This document shows positions 1 to 11,364 of a stretch of DNA of 38,541 nucleotides, piece after piece; the stretch's first letter is position 1, and the number at the start of each line of letters is the position of its first letter. The translations under genes were made by a program, and so were the position numbers. Source of the DNA: Mesocricetibacter sp. (GTDB taxonomy: Bacteria; Pseudomonadota; Gammaproteobacteria; Enterobacterales; Pasteurellaceae); assembly GCA_041795785.1 (NCBI GenBank), contig JBHBXR010000058.1:1-38541 (forward strand), given 5' to 3'. The notes below the pieces were generated by a model that did not search any database, was not told where the DNA came from, and worked only from the letters and a program-made list of their open reading frames with translations.

Positions 1-290
1 CGACAAATCCATTGTTTGCTATGCCTTGGTATTGGCATATGGTATTAGGTGGTTTTGCATTAGGTATGTTCTTTATGGCTACGGATCCGGTATCAGCTGC
101 TTTCACCAATAAAGGTAAATGGTGGTATGGTATTTTGATCGGAGTAATGTGTGTGTTAATTCGAGTTGTCAACCCTGCCTATCCAGAAGGGATGATGCTA
201 GCAATTTTGTTTGCTAACTTATTTGCACCGTTATTCGACTACCTCGTAGTTCAAGCAAATATCAAACGTCGGAGAGCGCGCAATGGCTAA
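1..290 (+). CDS. nqrB: Na+-translocating NADH:quinone oxidoreductase subunit B, C-terminal fragment (5' end outside window, in frame from nt 3)
   Basis: The open frame runs off the left edge. The tail [24 protein letters not shown]...[16 protein letters not shown] matches the NqrB C-terminus. It overlaps the nqrC start by 8 nt (ATGGCTAA) and is followed by nqrCDEF. Confidence 0.9.
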   Translation, partial: TNPLFAMPWYWHMVLGGFALGMFFMATDPVSAAFTNKGKWWYGILIGVMCVLIRVVNPAYPEGMMLAILFANLFAPLFDYLVVQANIKRRRARNG

Positions 291-1059
291 ATTCAATAAA
301 GATAGTGTCAGCGGAACAATTTCAGTTGTTGTTCTGGTCAGTTTAGCTTGTTCCGTTATTGTGGCGGGTTCCGCAGTATTGTTGAAATCAACACAGGAAG
401 AGCAAAAACAGCTTGATAAACAAAAAAATATTCTAAGTGTCGCGGGTTTGTTACAAGCGGATACTAAAAATAGTCAAATCAAGGATCTTTATGCTAAAAA
501 TATCGAACCTCGTTGTGTAGAACTGAATTCCGGAAATTACACCGAGTGCCCTGCAAATTTTGATGCAAAAGCTGCTGTAAAAGATCCTAAACAAAGTCAA
601 CCGATTGCTGCAGAAGATGATAAAGCGGGTATTCGGACTAGAGCTAATCTTGCTGAAGTTTATTTGGTAAAAGATACAAGCGGTCAAGTATCTCAAATCG
701 TACTGCCGGTGTATGGTCGCGGTTTATGGTCTACTATGTATGGTTTTTTATCTGTTCAACCGGATGGTAATACAGTAAACGGTATTACTTATTATGAACA
801 CGGTGAAACGCCGGGATTAGGCGGTGAAATTGAAAATCCGCGTTGGCAGGCTCAATTCGTAGGTAAGAAATTACTTAGTGAACAGGGAGAACCTGCATTA
901 CATATCGGTAAAGGCGCTTCTTCGGATAAAGACCACGGTATTGATGGAATTTCAGGCTCAACTTTAACCAGTAACGGTGTGGATAATTCTTTTAAGTTTT
1001 GGTTAGGTCAAAAGGGGTTTGGTCCGTATTTGGCTAAATTGAAAGCGGGGGCTAATTAA
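283..1059 (+). CDS. nqrC: Na+-NQR subunit C
   Basis: 258 aa with an N-terminal TM helix. Carries the FMN-attachment motif [10 protein letters not shown] (Thr227). Lies between nqrB and nqrD, with a 1-nt stop/start overlap with nqrD. Confidence 0.95.
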   Translation: MAKFNKDSVSGTISVVVLVSLACSVIVAGSAVLLKSTQEEQKQLDKQKNILSVAGLLQADTKNSQIKDLYAKNIEPRCVELNSGNYTECPANFDAKAAVKDPKQSQPIAAEDDKAGIRTRANLAEVYLVKDTSGQVSQIVLPVYGRGLWSTMYGFLSVQPDGNTVNGITYYEHGETPGLGGEIENPRWQAQFVGKKLLSEQGEPALHIGKGASSDKDHGIDGISGSTLTSNGVDNSFKFWLGQKGFGPYLAKLKAGAN

Positions 1060-1679
1060 TGAATGCTAATCTAAAAAAATTATTGTTATCCCCGGTTGTG
1101 GATAACAACCCGATTGCGTTACAAATTTTGGGAATTTGTTCTGCACTGGCAGTAACTACTAAACTGGAAACGGCAGTAGTTATGGCAATTGCAGTAAGTC
1201 TTGTAACGGCATTTTCGAGCTATTTTATCTCTTTGATCCGTAACTATATTCCAAACAGTATCCGTATCATTGTACAAATGGCGATTATTGCGTCTTTGGT
1301 AATCTTAGTTGACCAAATTCTGCGCGCATACGCCTATGATTTGTCCAAACAGCTTTCCGTTTTCGTGGGTTTGATTATCACAAACTGTATCGTAATGGGA
1401 CGTGCGGAAGCTTTTGCGATGAAATCGGCTCCGGTAGAAAGTTTCGTGGATGGTATCGGTAACGGCTTGGGTTATGGAGCAATCCTTATTACAGTGGCAT
1501 TTATCCGTGAATTAATCGGTTCCGGTAAATTATTCGGTGTGTCTGTATTGCAAACTGTTCAAGAGGGCGGTTGGTATCAAACTAACGGCTTGTTCCTGCT
1601 TGCACCAAGCGCATTCTTTATTATCGGTTTCATTATCTGGGGAATTAGAACCTGGAAACCTGAGCAGGTGGAGAAGTAG
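1059..1679 (+). CDS. nqrD: Na+-NQR subunit D
   Basis: 206-aa polytopic membrane protein of the NqrD/RnfE type ([17 protein letters not shown]), in the expected operon position. Confidence 0.95.
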   Translation: MNANLKKLLLSPVVDNNPIALQILGICSALAVTTKLETAVVMAIAVSLVTAFSSYFISLIRNYIPNSIRIIVQMAIIASLVILVDQILRAYAYDLSKQLSVFVGLIITNCIVMGRAEAFAMKSAPVESFVDGIGNGLGYGAILITVAFIRELIGSGKLFGVSVLQTVQEGGWYQTNGLFLLAPSAFFIIGFIIWGIRTWKPEQVEK

Positions 1680-1682
1680 TCT

Positions 1683-2279
1683 ATGGAACATTACATTAGT
1701 CTTTTTGTTAAGTCCGTATTTGTCGAAAATATGGCGCTTTCCTTCTTCCTCGGAATGTGTACTTTTCTTGCGGTTTCCAAGAAAGTATCGACTGCATTCG
1801 GTTTAGGGATTGCAGTAATTGTCGTATTGGGAATTTCCGTACCGGTAAACCAGTTAGTGTATAATCTTGTTCTCAGAGACGGTGCATTAGTTGACGGAGT
1901 TGATTTAAGTTTCTTGAATTTCATTACCTTTATCGGCGTTATCGCTGCTTTGGTTCAAATCCTTGAAATGGTGTTGGATAAATATTTCCCGGCGCTGTAT
2001 AACGCATTGGGCATTTTCTTACCGTTAATTACGGTGAACTGTGCGATTTTCGGCGGCGTATCTTTCATGGTGCAGCGCGATTATAACTTCACCGAATCCG
2101 TTGTTTACGGTATCGGTGCAGGTACCGGTTGGATGCTTGCTATTGTGGCGCTTGCCGGTATTACCGAAAAAATGAAATATGCTGATGTTCCGGCAGGTTT
2201 GCGCGGTCTGGGTATTACCTTTATCGTAGTAGGCTTAATGGCACTCGGTTTTATGTCATTTTCAGGCATTCAGTTGTAA
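1683..2279 (+). CDS. nqrE: Na+-NQR subunit E
   Basis: 198-aa polytopic membrane protein of the NqrE/RnfA type ([13 protein letters not shown]), in the expected operon position. Confidence 0.95.
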   Translation: MEHYISLFVKSVFVENMALSFFLGMCTFLAVSKKVSTAFGLGIAVIVVLGISVPVNQLVYNLVLRDGALVDGVDLSFLNFITFIGVIAALVQILEMVLDKYFPALYNALGIFLPLITVNCAIFGGVSFMVQRDYNFTESVVYGIGAGTGWMLAIVALAGITEKMKYADVPAGLRGLGITFIVVGLMALGFMSFSGIQL

Positions 2280-2294
2280 GAAGGGGATACTTAA

Positions 2295-3518
2295 ATGGAA
2301 ATTACACTAGGTATTGCAATGTTCACCGTTATCGTTTTGGCATTAGCGGTAATTATTTTATTCGCTAAGTCAAAATTGGTCAGTTCGGGTGACATTACCA
2401 TTGAAATTAATCACGATCCCAATAAAGCAATTCATTTGCCTGCGGGCGGGAAATTATTAGGCGCATTGGCGAGCCAAGGCATCTTCGTCTCTTCCGCTTG
2501 CGGTGGCGGCGGTTCTTGCGGTCAATGTATCGTAAAAGTTACCGAGGGCGGCGGAGATATTCTGCCGACCGAGCTTTCTCACATTTCCAAACGGGAAGCG
2601 AAAGAAGGTTATCGCCTTTCTTGTCAGGTTAACGTGAAAAACAACATGAAAATCGAACTGCCGGAAGAAGTGTTCGGTGTGAAAAAATGGGAATGTACGG
2701 TTATTTCAAACGATAATAAGGCCACCTTTATTAAAGAGCTGAAATTGGCGATTCCGGAAGGTGAAGAAGTACCTTTCCGTGCCGGCGGTTATATCCAAAT
2801 TGAAGCGGAACCGCATACGGTGCATTATAAAGACTTCGATATTCCGAAAGAATATCACGAAGACTGGGACAAATATGATCTGTGGCGTTATGTGTCCAAA
2901 GTGGACGAGCCGATTGTTCGTGCTTATTCAATGGCGTCTTATCCGGAAGAAAAAGGCATTATTATGCTGAACGTGCGTATCGCAACGCCGCCGCCGAAAG
3001 TGCCGAATGCACCGCCGGGACAAATGTCTTCCTATATTTGGTCATTGAAACCGGGCGATAAAGTCATGATCTCCGGTCCGTTCGGTGAGTTCTTCGCTAA
3101 AGAAACCGATGCGGAGATGGTCTTTATCGGTGGTGGTGCAGGTATGGCGCCGATGCGTTCGCATATCTTCGACCAATTAAAACGTTTGAAATCCAAACGC
3201 AAAATGTCATTCTGGTACGGCGCCCGCTCCAGACGTGAAATGTTCTATGTGGAAGATTTCGATATGTTACAAGCGGAAAATCCGAACTTCGTATGGCATG
3301 TCGCACTTTCCGATCCGCTGCCGGATGATAATTGGGACGGTTACACAGGCTTTATTCACAATGTGCTTTATGAAAACTATCTGAAAGATCACGAAGCGCC
3401 GGAAGATTGTGAATACTATATGTGCGGACCGCCGATTATGAACGCATCCGTAATTAAGATGCTGAAAGATCTCGGCGTTGAAGACGAGAACATCTTATTG
3501 GATGACTTCGGCGGTTGA
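2295..3518 (+). CDS. nqrF: Na+-NQR subunit F (2Fe-2S / FAD / NADH-binding)
   Basis: 407 aa with an N-terminal TM helix, a ferredoxin-type Cys cluster ([10 protein letters not shown]), and FAD/NADH motifs RAYSMAS and [17 protein letters not shown] Shine-Dalgarno lies upstream. Confidence 0.96.
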   Translation: MEITLGIAMFTVIVLALAVIILFAKSKLVSSGDITIEINHDPNKAIHLPAGGKLLGALASQGIFVSSACGGGGSCGQCIVKVTEGGGDILPTELSHISKREAKEGYRLSCQVNVKNNMKIELPEEVFGVKKWECTVISNDNKATFIKELKLAIPEGEEVPFRAGGYIQIEAEPHTVHYKDFDIPKEYHEDWDKYDLWRYVSKVDEPIVRAYSMASYPEEKGIIMLNVRIATPPPKVPNAPPGQMSSYIWSLKPGDKVMISGPFGEFFAKETDAEMVFIGGGAGMAPMRSHIFDQLKRLKSKRKMSFWYGARSRREMFYVEDFDMLQAENPNFVWHVALSDPLPDDNWDGYTGFIHNVLYENYLKDHEAPEDCEYYMCGPPIMNASVIKMLKDLGVEDENILLDDFGG

Positions 3519-3533
3519 TTTTTATAGGGTTAA

Positions 3534-3556
3534 ACCTCATACCTAATGTATGAGGT
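3534..3556 (+). other. 9-bp perfect hairpin downstream of nqrF (ACCTCATAC-ctaat-GTATGAGGT), no T-run
   Basis: Inverted repeat read directly from the sequence. Its function is unknown, and it may stabilise the transcript 3' end. Confidence 0.4.
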
Positions 3557-3585
3557 AATCCACGCATTAATAGTTAATAATAGTC

Positions 3586-3610
3586 GAGCCGCTCTGCGGC
3601 TCTTGTTCAT
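3586..3610 (+). terminator. Putative intrinsic terminator or attenuator between nqrF and apbE
   Basis: GAGCCGC-tct-GCGGCTC followed by TTGTTCATT. Confidence 0.5.
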
Positions 3611-3643
3611 TCAATCAGGTTAATAAAACTAACAAAAAAACCG

Positions 3644-3652
3644 ACCGCACTT
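3644..3652 (-). repeat. Uptake signal sequence core (Hin-type)
   Basis: ACCGCACTT, the reverse complement of AAGTGCGGT, with a flanking A/T run. Confidence 0.9.
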
Positions 3653-3654
3653 TT

Positions 3655-4701
3655 ATGAAATTAAAACAATTACTTGCAGGAATAGGCAGCATTGCTCTTA
3701 CATTAATGTTAGCAGCCTGCCAAAAAGATCCCGAAATCGTTACCCTTAGCGGTAAAACAATGGGAACCACTTATCTCATTAAATATATTGATAACGGCAA
3801 ATTAAAACAAGCGCCGCAGCAGGCGCATGAACAAATCGATCTGATTTTAAAAGACGTGAACGCTAAAATGTCCACTTATGATCCGAATTCGGAGCTCAGC
3901 CGCTTTAACCAAAGCACACAAATCAATAGTGCAGTGGAAATTTCAAACGACTTAGCGACGGTTATTCAGGAAGCGATTCGTTTAAACCGACTGACGGAAG
4001 GCGCATTGGATGTCACTGTCGGTCCTATTGTTAATTTATGGGGCTTCGGACCGGAAAAACGGGTGGATAAACGACCGACACCGGAACAAATCGTCGAGCG
4101 TCAAGCTTGGGTAGGAATTGATAAACTCAAACTAACGGAACATAACGGCAAATTCAGTCTTGAAAAGTCCGTACCGCAGCTTTATATCGATCTTTCTGCC
4201 ATCGCTAAAGGTTTCGGTGTAGATAAAGTTGCCGCTTATTTGGACGATATCGGAACACAAAACTATATGGTGGAAATCGGTGGGGAAATCCGCGCCAAAG
4301 GAAAAAATATTGCCAATAAATACTGGCAAATAGCCATTGAAAAACCCGCTTTCGACGGTTCGCGCGAAGTTGATCAAATTATTCAGTTGAATAATTTATC
4401 TATGGCGACTTCCGGTAATTATCGCAATTATTTTGAAGAAAACGGTATTCGCTTTTCCCATGAAATCGATCCGAAAACCGGCGCGCCGGTACAGCATCAT
4501 TTGGCTTCCATTACTGTGCTGACACCTTCCGCAATGACGGCGGACGGATTCTCCACCGGCTTATTTGTGTTGGGCGAGGAAAAAGCATTACAAATCGCGG
4601 AGCAGCAAGGGCTGGCGGTTTATATTATCGTCAAAACCGATAAAGGTTTTGAAACTCAAATGTCTTCCGCATTTAAACAACTGTTAATTTCAGCGAAATA
4701 A
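3655..4701 (+). CDS. apbE: FAD:protein FMN transferase (flavinylates NqrB/NqrC), lipoprotein
   Basis: 348 aa with a lipobox signal peptide (LTLMLAAC) and an ApbE-family core (SGKTMGTTY, TSGNYRNYF, MTADGFSTG). Sits immediately downstream of nqrF. Confidence 0.93.
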   Translation: MKLKQLLAGIGSIALTLMLAACQKDPEIVTLSGKTMGTTYLIKYIDNGKLKQAPQQAHEQIDLILKDVNAKMSTYDPNSELSRFNQSTQINSAVEISNDLATVIQEAIRLNRLTEGALDVTVGPIVNLWGFGPEKRVDKRPTPEQIVERQAWVGIDKLKLTEHNGKFSLEKSVPQLYIDLSAIAKGFGVDKVAAYLDDIGTQNYMVEIGGEIRAKGKNIANKYWQIAIEKPAFDGSREVDQIIQLNNLSMATSGNYRNYFEENGIRFSHEIDPKTGAPVQHHLASITVLTPSAMTADGFSTGLFVLGEEKALQIAEQQGLAVYIIVKTDKGFETQMSSAFKQLLISAK

Positions 4702-4710
4702 GGAAAAGCA

Positions 4711-4953
4711 ATGGAACTCTTTCTCATCACGTTCGGCATTTTCATTTTGGTTATTTTGGGAATGTCTCTCGGCTATATTATTAAGAAAAAATCCATTACC
4801 GGCAGTTGCGGCGGGATTACCGCATTAGGTATGAAAAAGGTCTGCGATTGTGAAGAGCCTTGCGATAACCTAAAGGATAAAATCGCCAAAGGCGAAGCGG
4901 ATCCTGCCGAACTGGAGCGTTTTAACAAACCGCAATTCTACGAAGTAAAATAG
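4711..4953 (+). CDS. nqrM: (Na+)-NQR maturation factor NqrM (DUF539)
   Basis: 80 aa with one TM helix followed by a conserved Cys cluster (GSCGG...CDCEEPC). Occupies the conserved position after apbE. AAGGA Shine-Dalgarno upstream. Confidence 0.85.
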   Translation: MELFLITFGIFILVILGMSLGYIIKKKSITGSCGGITALGMKKVCDCEEPCDNLKDKIAKGEADPAELERFNKPQFYEVK

Positions 4954-4981
4954 CGAACGTTATAAAACTCAATTAAAACCG

Positions 4982-4990
4982 ACCGCACTT
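4982..4990 (-). repeat. Uptake signal sequence core (Hin-type)
   Basis: ACCGCACTT, a perfect 9-mer. Confidence 0.9.
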
Positions 4991-5019
4991 TTGAGGGTGC
5001 AGAACAGATTAAACGGAAT

Positions 5020-6171
5020 ATGAAATCAAAAACTTACGCTACGCATTTTCCCGCATTAAGCGCAGAACAACTGGCGGCAAACGGAAGGAAGAAAGTCATT
5101 GTCGGTATGTCCGGCGGTGTGGATTCTTCCGTATCCGCTTTTATTCTGCAACAGCAGGGCTACCAAGTGGAAGGCCTGTTTATGAAAAACTGGGAAGAGG
5201 ACGACGACACCGATTATTGCACGGCTGCGGCGGATTTAGCCGATGCGCAGGCGGTTTGCGATAAACTGGGCATCCGCTTACATAAAATCAACTTTGCCGC
5301 CGAATATTGGGACAACGTATTCGAGCATTTTTTAACCGAATACAAAGCGGGCAGAACGCCGAACCCGGATATTCTGTGTAACAAAGAAATCAAATTCAAA
5401 GCCTTTTTGGAATATGCCGCCGAGGATTTAGGCGCGGATTATATCGCCACCGGTCATTATGTGCGTCGTCGTGATGTAAACGGTCAATCACAACTGTTGC
5501 GCGGGTTGGATAACAATAAGGATCAAAGTTATTTTCTTTACACCTTAAGTCAGGAGCAGGTGGCGCAAAGCCTGTTTCCGGTCGGTGATATTGAAAAACC
5601 GATTGTACGCGCTATTGCGGAAGACTTGGGCTTGATTACGGCGAAGAAAAAAGATTCCACCGGTATTTGTTTTATCGGTGAACGTAAATTCAAAGATTTT
5701 CTCGCCCGCTATTTACCGGCGCAACCCGGCGATATTAAAACCGTCGAAGGTGATGTGATCGGACGCCACCAAGGATTGATGTATCACACTTTGGGGCAGC
5801 GTAAAGGGCTTGGTATCGGCGGAGTCAAAGGCAAGGATGAAAACGCTTGGTATGTAGTGGAAAAGGATTTGGTAAATAACGTGTTAGTCGTTGCTCAGGG
5901 GCTGGATAACTCGGCGTTACTGTCAACGGGTTTAATCGCCCAACAGCTGCATTGGGTCGATCGTCAACCGATTCGTAATCCCTTACGCTGCACGGTAAAA
6001 ACCCGTTATCGCCAAGCGGATATAGATTGCGAAATTATCCCGATTCACGACGATTGCATCGAAGTCCGTTTTGACCAACCTCAGATCGCCGTGACTCCGG
6101 GACAATCCGCTGTCTTTTATCAAGGCGAAGTCTGTTTGGGCGGCGGCATAATCGAACAACAACTGAAATAA
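5020..6171 (+). CDS. mnmA: tRNA 2-thiouridine(34) synthase
   Basis: 383 aa with the PP-loop GMSGGVDSS and colinear MnmA/TrmU motifs (NPDILCN, GHYVRR, KDQSYFL). The enteric-like mnmA...hflD-purB neighbourhood is present. Confidence 0.96.
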   Translation: MKSKTYATHFPALSAEQLAANGRKKVIVGMSGGVDSSVSAFILQQQGYQVEGLFMKNWEEDDDTDYCTAAADLADAQAVCDKLGIRLHKINFAAEYWDNVFEHFLTEYKAGRTPNPDILCNKEIKFKAFLEYAAEDLGADYIATGHYVRRRDVNGQSQLLRGLDNNKDQSYFLYTLSQEQVAQSLFPVGDIEKPIVRAIAEDLGLITAKKKDSTGICFIGERKFKDFLARYLPAQPGDIKTVEGDVIGRHQGLMYHTLGQRKGLGIGGVKGKDENAWYVVEKDLVNNVLVVAQGLDNSALLSTGLIAQQLHWVDRQPIRNPLRCTVKTRYRQADIDCEIIPIHDDCIEVRFDQPQIAVTPGQSAVFYQGEVCLGGGIIEQQLK

Positions 6172-6175
6172 CCTC

Positions 6176-6184
6176 AAGTGCGGT
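6176..6184 (+). repeat. Uptake signal sequence core (Hin-type)
   Basis: AAGTGCGGT, a perfect 9-mer. Confidence 0.9.
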
Positions 6185-6207
6185 CGGAAAAAACACTGTT
6201 TTTTATT

Positions 6208-6216
6208 ACCGCACTT
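6208..6216 (-). repeat. Uptake signal sequence core (Hin-type)
   Basis: ACCGCACTT. Forms an inverted pair with the core at 6176-6184, downstream of mnmA. Confidence 0.9.
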
Positions 6217-6237
6217 TTTAACCGAGCGAGAATATAT

Positions 6238-6663
6238 ATGTCCGTCATAATTAAACCGATGTTGCCCTTTCATTATGAGGAAGTTTATGCCCTCTGGAGC
6301 AAAATCGACGGAATGGATTTGAATCCGCGGGATGACAATCCCGCGGCGATTTCGGCATTTTTGAGTGCCAATCCCGACTTAAATTATGTGGCGTTAGCAA
6401 ACGATAAGGTCATCGGCGTGATCATGTGCGGCTTTGACGGCAGACGGGCGACGATTTATCATGCCGCTGTAGCGGAAGCATACCGTAATCGGGGCATCGC
6501 CAGCGCCTTATTAAATACATTGGAGAATGCCCTCAAGGCGAAAAATATCAGCAAAGGGCGTTTATTGGCGTTTAAGTCGAATGAAACAGCAACGGAATTT
6601 TGGCAAAAATCAGGATGGACGCTACGCGAACATCTTAATTATTTTTCCAAATCCTTCCTATAA
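6238..6663 (+). CDS. GNAT-family N-acetyltransferase
   Basis: 141 aa counted from the ATG at 6238. GNAT motif A is present (AYRNRGIASALL). The ORF-track GTG at 6178 lies inside a USS core and adds a non-conserved-looking leader, so I prefer the ATG. Confidence 0.8.
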   Translation: MSVIIKPMLPFHYEEVYALWSKIDGMDLNPRDDNPAAISAFLSANPDLNYVALANDKVIGVIMCGFDGRRATIYHAAVAEAYRNRGIASALLNTLENALKAKNISKGRLLAFKSNETATEFWQKSGWTLREHLNYFSKSFL

Positions 6664-6759
6664 GGACGGTGTTAGCGGCGTTCTCGCCATAGCTCGGTGA
6701 CTTTAAATGCCCGCTAATAAATGCTATATTGCACACTTTCTTTCTAACCCTTTACGAAT

Positions 6760-8756
<1,997 letters not shown>

Positions 8757-8783
8757 ATCGCTTAAGTAAAGTATAATAGAGAA

Positions 8784-8813
8784 AAAAGCGGCTCACCGAG
8801 GAGCCGCTCTTTT
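8784..8813. terminator. Bidirectional intrinsic terminator (purB / 126-aa ORF)
   Basis: AAAAGCGGCTC-accgag-GAGCCGCTCTTTT, with an A-run and a T-run flanking an 8-bp GC-rich stem. It overlaps the stop codon of the minus-strand ORF. Confidence 0.8.
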
Positions 8814-9192
8814 AGCAAATTAACATTTCACGCAGCAGTTTTATGATCGTATCCTGAATTTCTTTCATTTCCGCCATGTCGCTGTGTTGAATACTGTCCG
8901 AACGGTAATAACCGACCAGTTCATTGATAATCTCATTGACGCTTTTCCCCGTTCTTTGATTCTCAAATAAAAGAATATTCCAAACGTTACGATATGAAGT
9001 TATCTGATACAATTTGATCAAAGACAGTTTCGCAATGGAATGTCCTAACCCTTTGAGTTTAATCCGATTCTCAAGCTGAATCGGCGTGGCACGATCCAGT
9101 TCCGACCATACGTCCAGGATTCTTTTTTCTAACGCATATCGCAAATCTAATTTGATGTTTTCATTATCTTTTATTACAGTTGCCGGTTTCAT
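8812..9192 (-). CDS. Hypothetical 126-aa protein, no family recognised (predicted all-helical)
   Basis: A 381-nt open frame in visibly AT-rich DNA, where stop codons should be frequent. Its stop codon sits inside a strong bidirectional terminator (8784-8813). It is divergent from an XRE regulator across a palindrome-rich spacer. No clear Shine-Dalgarno. Contains an R97-x5-H103 motif. Confidence 0.6.
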   Translation of the reverse strand: MKPATVIKDNENIKLDLRYALEKRILDVWSELDRATPIQLENRIKLKGLGHSIAKLSLIKLYQITSYRNVWNILLFENQRTGKSVNEIINELVGYYRSDSIQHSDMAEMKEIQDTIIKLLREMLIC

Positions 9193-9210
9193 AGCGCGAT
9201 TTGTATTTTT

Positions 9211-9231
9211 TTGTACCCAAAACGGGTACGA
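9211..9231. promoter_or_regulatory. Operator-like palindrome 1 (TTGTACCCAAAACGGGTACGA)
   Basis: 6-bp arms GTACCC/GGGTAC around a 5-nt A-rich spacer. Lies in the spacer between the divergent orphan genes and has the same pattern as palindrome 2. Confidence 0.5.
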
Positions 9232-9238
9232 TTGTACA

Positions 9239-9259
9239 TTGCACCTAAAATAGGTGCAA
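9239..9259. promoter_or_regulatory. Operator-like palindrome 2 (TTGCACCTA-AAA-TAGGTGCAA)
   Basis: Perfect 9-bp arms with a 3-nt spacer. Its last base is the A of the proposed HTH-gene ATG. Confidence 0.55.
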
Positions 9260-9510
9260 TGGGAAATTTACGACTATCTATTCACTCTTCTGAATATAGC
9301 TGGTTAAGAGAACGCCTTCTTAATCGGCGGTTGGAACTCGGCTACACGCAGCGCGCATTGGGTGAAAAAATGGGTGTTATCCATTCTTTCATCGGCAAAG
9401 TGGAAACGGGAGAACGTCGCTTGGATATTTTTGAATTTATTACTTATTGCGAAACACTTGAGTTGGATCCCGTCGAATTGATAAAAGAAATACAAGCTAA
9501 ATTTAAGTAG
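9259..9510 (+). CDS. XRE/Cro-CI family helix-turn-helix transcriptional regulator
   Basis: Textbook HTH_3 core LGYTQRALGEKMGVIHSFIGKVETGERRLD. I prefer the ATG at 9259 (83 aa), because the ORF-track TTG at 9211 would place both operator-like palindromes inside the coding sequence. Confidence 0.8.
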   Translation: MGNLRLSIHSSEYSWLRERLLNRRLELGYTQRALGEKMGVIHSFIGKVETGERRLDIFEFITYCETLELDPVELIKEIQAKFK

Positions 9511-9542
9511 CGCATACTCATTCGTTTTGTTTATAAGCGACA

Positions 9543-11117
9543 TTAATTCCTTGCCAACAAATGCTGCTTGCGAATGCCTAACAGCGCCAGCATCGTTACA
9601 TAACTAATCATCGCCAAGCCGATTAGCCAAACCAGCCAATGTACGCGTACGCCAAAGTTCATGGCGTTCCAGCTTGCCAAACTCGGACTGTAATAATAAA
9701 CCAGCCCGCCCATCACCAATGCCGCACACAAAACTTTCAAAAAAAAGACCGCACTTTGTTTGCTGAAATGATATACGTCGGCTTTCGCCAAGCCGCGATA
9801 CAACAAATAAGCGTTTAATGTTGCGGACATTGCGGAGGCAATAGCTAAGCCGACATAGCTGAACGGAATCGCCAACAAGTTAAAGAACATATTGGCGATC
9901 ATGGCGATAATCCCGATTTTAACCGGCGTTTTGGTGTTTTGACGGGCATAATAACCGTTGGCGAGAATTTTGATCATCATAAAACTCAGCAAGCCCGCAT
10001 TCATCGCCCACAAAGAAAGAGACGCCGCTTTGACGTCGGATAATAAAAACTGCCCGCGCATAAACAGCACCAGCAACATCGGTTGCGCCAAAATGGCAAT
10101 GCCGATCATGGCAGGTACGCCGAGCAGTAAAATCATACGCACGCCCCAGTCCATAGTGCTGCGGAAATCTTGTGCGCTTTGTTCCGCATTGCTGTCACGA
10201 TTAACGTGTTGGCGCGCCAACGTCGGCAAAATTACGGTGGAAATGGCGATACCGAACAAACCGAGCGGAAACTCAAGTAAACGGTCAGAATAATACAGCC
10301 AGCTGATGGAACCGGTCATCAGAAAACTGGCAATAAAGGTATCAAGCAGTAAATTGATTTGACTGACGGAAACGCCGAATAAGGCGGGAATCATCAGCGT
10401 ACGAATTTTTTTCACCCCTTCATCGTTCCACGCCCATTTCGGTTTTACCAATAATCCCGCTTGTTTTAAAAAGGGAATTTGAAACACGAATTGTAGTAAA
10501 CCGCCGAGGAAAATCCCGATGGCTAAAGCGAGATCCGGACTGTCTAAATGCGGCGCCAGCACAAGTGCGGTGGAAATCATGGCAATATTTAACAGTACCG
10601 GCGAAAAAGACATGACGCCGAATTTACCGATGGTGTTTAAAATAGCACCGGATAAAGCGACGAAAGTAATAAACCATAAATAAGGAAAGGTAATTTTAAG
10701 TAATAACGAGGCTTGTTCAAACTTCGTCGCATTCGGTCCGTCATTCAGCCAGTCGATAAACCAACCGGTACCGAAAATCGCTGCGACAACGGGCGATCCG
10801 ATCATTGCCAATAAAGTAACGACCGTAACCAATCCGCCCAAGGTTCCCGATACTTTGCCGATAAATTCGCGAGTTTTATCCATATCGCCGGATTTTTGAT
10901 ATTCCGCTAAAACCGGTACAAAAGCCTGTGAAAAAGCGCCTTCGGCGAATAAACGGCGTAAAAAGTTAGGGATACGGTTGGCGAATAAAAATACATCGGC
11001 AGCGGCGCCGGCGCCGATGATATTGGCAATCACCACATCACGGATTAAACCTAGCACGCGTGACAACAATGTCATTGAACTGACGATAATGCCTGACTTT
11101 AATAATTTCTTACTCAA
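9543..11117 (-). CDS. murJ: Lipid II flippase MurJ (MviN)
   Basis: 524-aa polytopic membrane protein with the MurJ N-terminus (VSSMTLLSRVLGLIRDVVIANIIGAG). Apparent TTG start. Divergent from rpsT, as in Haemophilus. Confidence 0.93.
   Translation of the reverse strand: MSKKLLKSGIIVSSMTLLSRVLGLIRDVVIANIIGAGAAADVFLFANRIPNFLRRLFAEGAFSQAFVPVLAEYQKSGDMDKTREFIGKVSGTLGGLVTVVTLLAMIGSPVVAAIFGTGWFIDWLNDGPNATKFEQASLLLKITFPYLWFITFVALSGAILNTIGKFGVMSFSPVLLNIAMISTALVLAPHLDSPDLALAIGIFLGGLLQFVFQIPFLKQAGLLVKPKWAWNDEGVKKIRTLMIPALFGVSVSQINLLLDTFIASFLMTGSISWLYYSDRLLEFPLGLFGIAISTVILPTLARQHVNRDSNAEQSAQDFRSTMDWGVRMILLLGVPAMIGIAILAQPMLLVLFMRGQFLLSDVKAASLSLWAMNAGLLSFMMIKILANGYYARQNTKTPVKIGIIAMIANMFFNLLAIPFSYVGLAIASAMSATLNAYLLYRGLAKADVYHFSKQSAVFFLKVLCAALVMGGLVYYYSPSLASWNAMNFGVRVHWLVWLIGLAMISYVTMLALLGIRKQHLLARN
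9748..9756 (-). repeat. Uptake signal sequence core (Hin-type)
   Basis: ACCGCACTT, inside murJ. Confidence 0.9.
10563..10571 (+). repeat. Uptake signal sequence core (Hin-type)
   Basis: AAGTGCGGT, inside murJ. Confidence 0.9.
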
Positions 11118-11282
11118 AATGTTGTACCGGATAAATAAAAATTGGGTTAATTGTATAGAAATTTAGTTTTAGCGCTATATTCTAGCGAAAAAAACTGCTA
11201 AAATCTCGCCCACTATCGTTAAATTGAAGATGAACGGTGGTTACATTCGGTTGTGTCTCACCGAAATCAACTTAATTAATCA

Positions 11283-11311
11283 TTGACAAACGCACAGAAA
11301 ATAGGCATATT
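11283..11311 (+). promoter_or_regulatory. Candidate rpsT promoter
   Basis: TTGACA, a 17-nt spacer, then CATATT, about 55 nt upstream of the rpsT start. Confidence 0.45.
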
Positions 11312-11364
11312 TTACGCCCTTATTTTTATCCGTTTAATTTATAGAAATTCTTAGGAGTTTGACC

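Noticed and set aside
8758-9540. 7-bp inverted match (TCGCTTA at 8758-8764 and TAAGCGA at 9534-9540) at the two edges of the orphan module, as possible insertion scars or terminal inverted repeats
   Set aside because: A 7-bp match within two short search windows is plausibly chance. There is no transposase or integrase, and I could find no target-site duplication.
9958-10293. 111-aa ORF antisense to murJ, and similar antisense ORFs in ubiB (24589-24939), ligA, cysK and ytfL
   Set aside because: All are embedded opposite confidently identified genes and have no start-site signals or motifs.
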